Assembly (NCBI GenBank): GCA_043228905.1 | Contig: JBHGNT010000001.1 | Span: 32,116,001 to 32,180,000 of the forward strand | Length of the DNA: 64,000 bases | DNA from: Azolla caroliniana | Lineage: Eukaryota; Plantae; Polypodiophyta | Direction: 5' to 3' | Shown here: positions 56,593 to 64,000 of the stretch, piece by piece | Layout: each line of letters starts with the position of its first letter | Numbering within the stretch: position 1 is the first letter of the stretch | Notes under the pieces: model-generated | What the model saw: only the letters and a program-made list of their open reading frames with translations | Database searches by the model: none | Told to the model about the DNA's origin: nothing | Program-made: the position numbers and the translations under genes

Positions 56593-59500
56593 ATGGAAAC
56601 TTTAAAGAAGGAAGGCCTCCCATCGCCTGCGTTTCTTCCCTCTCTTCATCAGTCGTCGTCATCGTCATCATCCTCATCCTCATCCTCATACACTTCACCT
56701 TCTTCTTCAGTTCTCAGTGCCGAGCAGAAACGTCGCATCGATCAGAACTTTAAGGCAGCAAAAGCCATTCTTTCTCGCAAACGGCCTCTTCTCTCTTCCG
56801 AAAAGTATGATTTTATGATTCCCTCCCCCCTACATTTTTTGCATATTTTCTTGAGCCGCTTAACCATCTCTCTCTGGTACGTTTTTCTTAAGTTTCTCGC
56901 CGATAGGATATTTCTCTGCTCTTTTTATTTCTGTGTGCTTTTTTTTTTACGCTCTTTCATTCAGTCATGTAACGTGTCTTTATTCTTTCAATGTCTGGTA
57001 CATATTCCATACGCTTCTTAGTCATGGAATTCGTCTTTTCTCTTTCAGTTTCTCTCTGTGTGATACATTTCCACGTGTTTCTTTATTATTGATTGTATAT
57101 TTTTTTCTTTCAGTTTCGTCCATTTGGTGCATTTAATCATGTTTCTCAGTCATGGAATGTGTCTTTGTAATTTCAGCTTCTCCCTTATTTTGGTACATTT
57201 ATATGGGTTAAAGATGTCTAGTTTGATTTAGTAGCAAGAAATTTCACATATTTTCTTGACCTAGTGTCTAATTTTTGACAACATGACCAGGAATATGTGT
57301 TTTGGGCTCTTAATTATGATGTATTCATTGATAGCATGATCATACAAAATGCAGTTAAAAAGATGGACGGTATGAAATGTTGCATTATTTGTTGTATCAG
57401 TTTATCTTTTTTGGTACATTTTCAGATGTTTTTGATAGTGGACATCTTTTGCGTAGTGGGCTTGCGTTCTATTCTGATTTTTCATAGTACGGACATGCTA
57501 CAGAATGCATTTAAAATAATGGGTGTTTTTATAGTACCGTCATATAGACATAATTAAATTTGTATTAATCTTGACATAGATTGCCAAATGCATTTAACCA
57601 TGTGATTCTGGACTATTTTGATTGAAAATGCAGCATATATGGAGGTACTATCTGTAAGAATGAGGCGATGCTAACATCACCACTTCCGGCAGTATATAAA
57701 TTAGTCAAAACTGAGAAGCCAAATCTCAACCAATCCTTGCATTATCTGGAGATGCCAATAAATCTAAATCACCGAGATGACGGATTCATACGAGTAGAAA
57801 CCTCAAATAAGGGCTTACATCCATTAGAGGATCACAAATTGCAGAGGCATCCATTAGCTGTAATGAGTGTTAATCAACCCATTCATCGTTATACAGGTGA
57901 TCCAATTCAGAAAGGTAGTGATGTACCAGATGTTATTACAAGTAGAAACCGTTCGGGGATTGTGCAAATTCCAAGGAGTCAATGCAACACACAAATATCT
58001 GCGCAAAAGGGTTGTATGTCGCAGAGGAAACCTCCTTTGTATATCAATGAAGATCTTTCAGTAGATCTAGAGCTTGACGAGAATATTTTGAAGCAGCTAG
58101 ATGCATTCTCAGAATCAAGGGTTTCCATGGCTGAGAGGAACTATTTGAATAACCATTCTAGATCAATAATATCTCCATATTGTCAAGGAGATCAATCTGA
58201 TTCATATGCATCTGTGAGGGATGAAAATAAAAGCGATGTCCCTTTAATGATGCGAAGAGAACAGATAGCAGACCATTCTATCTCGAGAAGATTAGCTTCT
58301 CCACCGAGTACTTCTCCTGTGGTTCAAGTGCATGCTAGTTCTGAAGTGCTCAATCAAAATGCTTTTTTGGCAACCCTGAATGCCAGTAAATCGGAAATCC
58401 AAAAAGTAAAATTTTTATGTGGTGAAGCCTGTTCCCAAAACATCCCACCAAATCCACCTGATAGTAAGACGTCAACACCAGTTGTATCAAATATTTTAAT
58501 GCGAAGTTCTAGTGATCCTGTGGTGGATACTGTAGCACTGCTCACAAACATCCCGATGAATGCACACATCAATGTATCTTCTGACAGTTCCGTATCAAGT
58601 GTTTCAATACAAGTGTCTGATAATACCACACCTTTAAAAAGCGGTTTAGATTGGAGTCATAGCAATGTATCTCCAAATTCTATCTCAAACATTCATAAGC
58701 AAGTATCTAGCCCTGTTATTAATACACCTACAATGCATGCTTCTCCGCTTTCATCTTCATCGATAGTTGCAAGTCAAGTCTCTAACTGCAGTCTAGACAT
58801 GGAGCCACAATACATACACTGTTTGAACAAGTCACAAAAAGAAGCTGTGCTAAGTGACACTCAGAAACCCCTACTTATTCTTGCTGGACCTGGTAGTGGA
58901 AAGGTAAAGCAAACACTATTTCATGAATTATGGTTTTTTCATTATCATCATCATCAAATTGTTTCTCACTTGGGTTTAACATCAAGTCTTATATACACTT
59001 CATTTCTTCTCATGGAACCTTCTTTGTTTCTACATTGTATCATGATTGTAATGCACATTTTATTTCTGTTGCACTATGTAGACTTCCACAATGGTAGCAC
59101 GCCTGTTATGCCTGTTACGTGAGGTACTTTCTCAAACCCATCTGTGATATTGGCTTCTCCATCTCCCTCTCCCTATTCCTTGGTTTTTATGCATCAGAAA
59201 GAGGTGGTATCAATGATATTATTCAACTTATGCAGGGCGTGAATGCGACAAATATTTTGGCTATGACATTTACGACTGCAGCTGCAGCAGAGATGAAGGA
59301 CAGAGTTGGTGTTCATGTTGGTAAACTAACCTCAAAAGAACTTAATGTTTGCACTTTCCACTCCTTCTGTTTGCAGCTTTGTCGAACACATGCAGAAAAG
59401 TGAGATTTTTATATATTCATGATAGTTTAATTCTACTTTGAGTCTATGAGATAAATGATAAAATGCCCTTTTGAAGGCTGGGGCGATCATCTGAGTTTTT

Positions 59501-62500
59501 GGTCTACGGACATGGACAACAAAGGAGGGCTGTGGTTGAAGCAACAAGGTTGGCCATGTGTGAATTTCAGACCTCAAAGGCATTCACAATTCCAGAATCT
59601 ACCTTGAAAACCAATGGAATTTTAGGAGATGATGCTCAGCAGGTTAAGGACGAGTACATCAATCCAAAGGTGTTCAAAGAGAGAGCTAAAACATGGGACA
59701 AGTTTGTGACTCAAGTGAGGCTATGAAGCTAATATTTAGTTTTTCTTTAAGTTTTGCTTCCAAAAGATTGACCCTGGTGACTGGATATTTTGTAGGCCAA
59801 AGCATCGGGAAGAACACCAGAATTCTACGAAAGCCTTGGAAACTTGTTTGGGGTACTTGAGGTTTTGATATTTTTGGATGATTATGCTTAAATCTTAATA
59901 TAACACTCTTATATTGTGATGTCTTAGGCAGCTGTATTGAAACATTATAATGCTACATTAGCAGCTTGTGATGCCTTGGACTACCATGATTTCATAAGCT
60001 GTGCAGTGTCACTACTGCAAAATGACACTGAAGGTATCTTTTGAATTGTGCTAACTTTGGATCATCTTATGAAGTGGTACTATGGGTTAGTTTGGACAAG
60101 ACTATTTTATTCAGATATTCTTTCTCAGTCTTGAACCAGTGCTTGATGACTTGGACATACATACTCGTTGATGAGTTTCAAGATACTAGCACAATGCAAT
60201 ATAAACTCTTGTGTTTGCTTGCCTCACACAAGCGAGTGACAGCTGTAGGTGATGATGATCAAGTAAGTCCGTAATTTAAAATTCAAACTCATATTATGAA
60301 GACTATGAAAGGTCTTTCCTCGATAATCTTGGAAAGTTGACTGATCTTCAACTTGAAGAAATCATTTCATAGTAAACAGATCATAAGATATCTCTCTTTG
60401 ATGTGATTCTTCTGCTACAAATCCAGTCTATATTTAGCTTCAATGGTGCAGACTCTTCTAACTTCAATACGTTTCGGAGGGATTTTCCTGAACTGAAAGA
60501 GGTAGGTTTTTTTCATGGTTGATATTTCTTTTACAAATTGTGTCACTGAAACTTTTTACTGTCCTGTCCTGCATGCAGGTCAGGTTGCAGCACAATTATC
60601 GTTCCACTAGATGTATAGTTGAAGCTGCGACGTCGCTTATTGGAAACAACATAAACCGTTGTGTCAGTAAGCAAGCATTGACAGATAATGACTTTGGAGA
60701 AAGAGTATCCAATAAGTGCACAAGGGAGTAGCCTTAAATTGTAATGATCATACTTTCAGTATGCAAGGATTTGTTTTGGTGTTTGGCACAACTGTTTGTG
60801 ATGTTTATCCTTACATCAATCACAGATAACAATAAAAGAATGCAGGAATGTTGATGCCCAGTGCTGCTTTATTATTGACACTATTATGCTGAAGGCACAC
60901 GCAAATTCTACAGGCAAGCCAGTGTACGAAAATTGTGCCATATTGTATCGACGCCAAGTAAGCTTCTGATGTTTGTAATTTTCTTCCTATTTAGAGTTAA
61001 ATTGTATTTCCTTCTAATTTATTATGATGATCTCTTCTATAGGTCACAGGGAAGGTTTTCCAATCAGCCCTAAGATCACGCAAGATTCCATTCAACATTC
61101 ATGGCGTTGCTTTCTACAGAAAGAAAGTAATAAAATATCATCTTTACTGCAGATTCATTCCTCATGCAGGGTTTGAGTTGTTACCTACTTCCAGATGTGT
61201 TTTGCAGATAGTGAAGGCCATCATTGGCATGCTTTGGACAGCGTTAGACAGTCAAACAGTCTATTGTGGCCGTGTCTATAAAGCTCTATATATAGGAGAC
61301 AAGGCTGAAGCAAAAAAGGTTTTTTCCAACATCTCAAGTGTCCATATTCGTTAGTAATTTCTTTGGATACATCATCCTCTCCTCTTTCTGTAATTTATTT
61401 CCATAGCTGATTATTCAACCAATGCTCCTCTCTCTTCTAATGGATGAAGGCGCATGCAATTTTGATAAGAGTAGTGAGAAGTGTAAAAATGCAAAGAGTC
61501 TCGATCCTCAATGTTATTATCTACCTTACTTGATAGGTGTATTTGATGCTTAATAGCAATGATATTCTTATCGTAATAAGACGACTCACTGTGAATGGCA
61601 TGTCATTTCATAGTTTTCCTAGGCTTATGTTTTGATATTTTATTATGCATTTATTTATTGTGGAAATAGGCATTTGATACACTAATGGAGTCTGGAATAT
61701 AGACTATGCATTCATGAAGTATACTGTACGTTCTTGTTGCAACCTTGCAACCACCGACGAATTTCAACAATTCATGCAGTGTGTATTGGATATTGAATGG
61801 TACATTCTTGTGTTTGGAATCTGACCTTCAACTAAGGATGGTTCCTCGTACATGTAAAAAACTAACATTACTTGTGTTTAACTCATTTTGTAATTGGATC
61901 AAGACAACACTCACTGCTTTTCCAACTGTTTCTAGTTAAAATGTTCGAGTGTATCTGAGAGTAATTTTGTTATTGATGAAGAAAGGTTGTAGAATATGTG
62001 GAGAAAGTATCAAAGGCATCACAATGTAGCTTTGTAGAGGCAGCCAGGACGATATTTACTGCCAAGATCTCTGGAACATTTTCAAGGTTAGTTGTTATTG
62101 GTTTATGGATTTCATGTTAGTTTTTGGGCTAAAACTTTGAAAGTGGATCTCTTATTGAACTCATATTGAAATCATTTTAGACGTCAACTTGCATGCGGGA
62201 GGAGGGTTCTTACTGTGATTGATGCTATTCATACCCTTGCTCGCAAGGTGTGTTTAGCCCTTATGTACATACTTCTTCTATATGTGCGAAAGGTTAAAAA
62301 AGTATCTATGGATGTTCATTTCTGGTTTCTCAGGAATCTTCACTGTCAACTCTGATTACAGCGGTCATGAGTTTTTTACCTCAGGTGAGTGGGAAAGTGA
62401 TAAAGTTTGAAGACGTTACATTTTTAAAGGGGAAAACATCAAAGCAATTTACCAGAAATCTCTGTATTTTTATAAATGACCTGAATACCTATAATCTTTT

Positions 62501-63340
62501 TAAAGTACTAAAATTCCCCTGCTTTTTTTATTGAATATGAAAAATATATAATTAATATTAAGAGTTTGATTAACACTAATAGTAAGATTATTATTAGTAG
62601 TCTTAACATTAAAACCAATGATATGTTATCAAAGCCCATAGTATTAACACTGATGATCTGGTTATGAGATCCCATAGTACTAACTCTTGTAATCTGATTG
62701 CGAGAACCCATAGTATTAGCCCTAATAATTTTTTAATGAGAGATTGTTAACTCCAATCATTTGTGATAGTATTTTGTATTCGTTAATGATCTTATTATAA
62801 TCAGAGCCAGTACAATCAATAATCTAATTATGAGCGTTCATTAATTAATATATATCATTATCTATTCCTTAAATATACCAAATTGCTACAAATGATATTT
62901 ATGTGGGTGAACCTTTGATCATTAGAACTCAACCCTAATCAATCTTAAAACAAATAAAGATCAGCAGGCCTATGAAATTGGGACAAATGTATTTCTGCAA
63001 CTGTGCTTGGTCTGTGGAGTTTATACAGTTCTGATGGTACCCTGCACTAGTGGTAGTACCTGCAGTGGAATGCATTACCGTTGTTCTCTCTTGCAAAAGT
63101 TTCACTCTAGAGCCATCTTGAATGAAACTGCAGTGTGGTCATTGCCTGAAATATAACTATATAACATGGATGTTGATGATGCTGGTTATCATTTTTTGAT
63201 ATGCAGAAAATCAGTAAAGTTTAAGTTCAATCATCTGTGCATGCAATTTCAAATGATTACAGAGATCAGCACTGGAAAAGCGTGCGGTTTTGGATACAGA
63301 TGAAGGGAGATATCTGAATGAGGATGATGATCCTCGAACT
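56593..63340 (+). CDS. SRS2: ATP-dependent DNA helicase SRS2-like (UvrD/REP superfamily 1), partial; continues beyond the window
   Basis: Exons include 56593-56804, 57634-58903, 59082-59123, 59236-59399, 59477-59714, several small exons, 60427-60501, 60579-60704, an exon from 60826, and 63263-63340. Motifs: Q motif LNKSQKEAV, Walker [28 protein letters not shown], Walker [36 protein letters not shown]. Confidence 0.93.
62560..62750. repeat. 36-bp degenerate tandem repeat in an SRS2 intron
   Basis: CCCATAGTA(T/C)TA recurs with a 36-bp period (near 62635, 62671, 62707), with more diverged copies upstream. Confidence 0.75.
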
Positions 63341-64000
63341 GTAAGCGTTTGACCATTGAGCTTTTGAACATTGTTCTTTACTTCAGATACCACTGCTATG
63401 TTGAATTATGCATTTTCTACTCTCTTCTATTGTGAACAGATACTCCGTGTCATTTATATTATAGGCTTATAATTCACCTTAAGATAAATTTTTATTGTTG
63501 TTGTTTATTCTTTTGTGACAATTTAATGACACTACTCTTTTTAAATTTTTTGCCATACCAGTCCTTTCATGGGACAAAAATGGACATTGTGTTGTGTCAA
63601 GTGGAATACTAAACAAGAAACCTGAAAACAAAAAAATGGCTGTCTGATGATGATGGCCTTATTTGTTGACGCGGGTGACAGGCCATGGTCTAGATGGTTG
63701 TGGCCTACATATATTTCTCCCTGTTACTGCATGATCTAGAGAAAGAGTTCATACTTGTATATTCAGAATTGGTATAAAAATAGCTCACAAATATGAATAA
63801 AAAGATTACTGAAATATAACCCAAACAATAATATGAAGTATAAAGTAGATACTAGAATAGACTGTGTTAATTGTCTCTGTCACCACCATAATGCAAAAGT
63901 AGGAATGCTTTGTGCAACATTACTTAAGGATGTTCTAGTATCAAATATGGTATGCAGTATTAAATCTTTTGTATTTCATGATGTGGCATTAATAGAAGTA

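Overview
This is a 64-kb window of eukaryotic nuclear DNA from a land plant. The GT-AG introns, plant gene families, (CT)n/(CA)n microsatellites and protein divergence suggest a seed-free plant such as a fern, which is inference. Eight protein-coding genes can be reconstructed exon by exon: ALKBH8-like dioxygenase (+), EXORDIUM/PHI-1-like (+), MAM33-family mitochondrial glycoprotein (-), plant TRAF-type zinc-finger protein (+), class I RPD3-type histone deacetylase (-), plastid D-3-phosphoglycerate dehydrogenase (+), group IId WRKY factor (+) and an SRS2-like UvrD/REP helicase (+, runs off the window end). Repeats include a 5'-truncated L1 LINE with an 18-bp target-site duplication, decayed LINE and hAT remnants, an intronic solo LTR, a composite non-coding LTR structure upstream of SRS2 and several intronic minisatellites. 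The most interesting candidate is a spliced upstream ORF in the WRKY leader. It is built across a 932-nt intron, a 24-nt micro-exon and a 70-nt intron, so it is invisible in the six-frame track. No tRNA, rRNA or CRISPR array could be supported.
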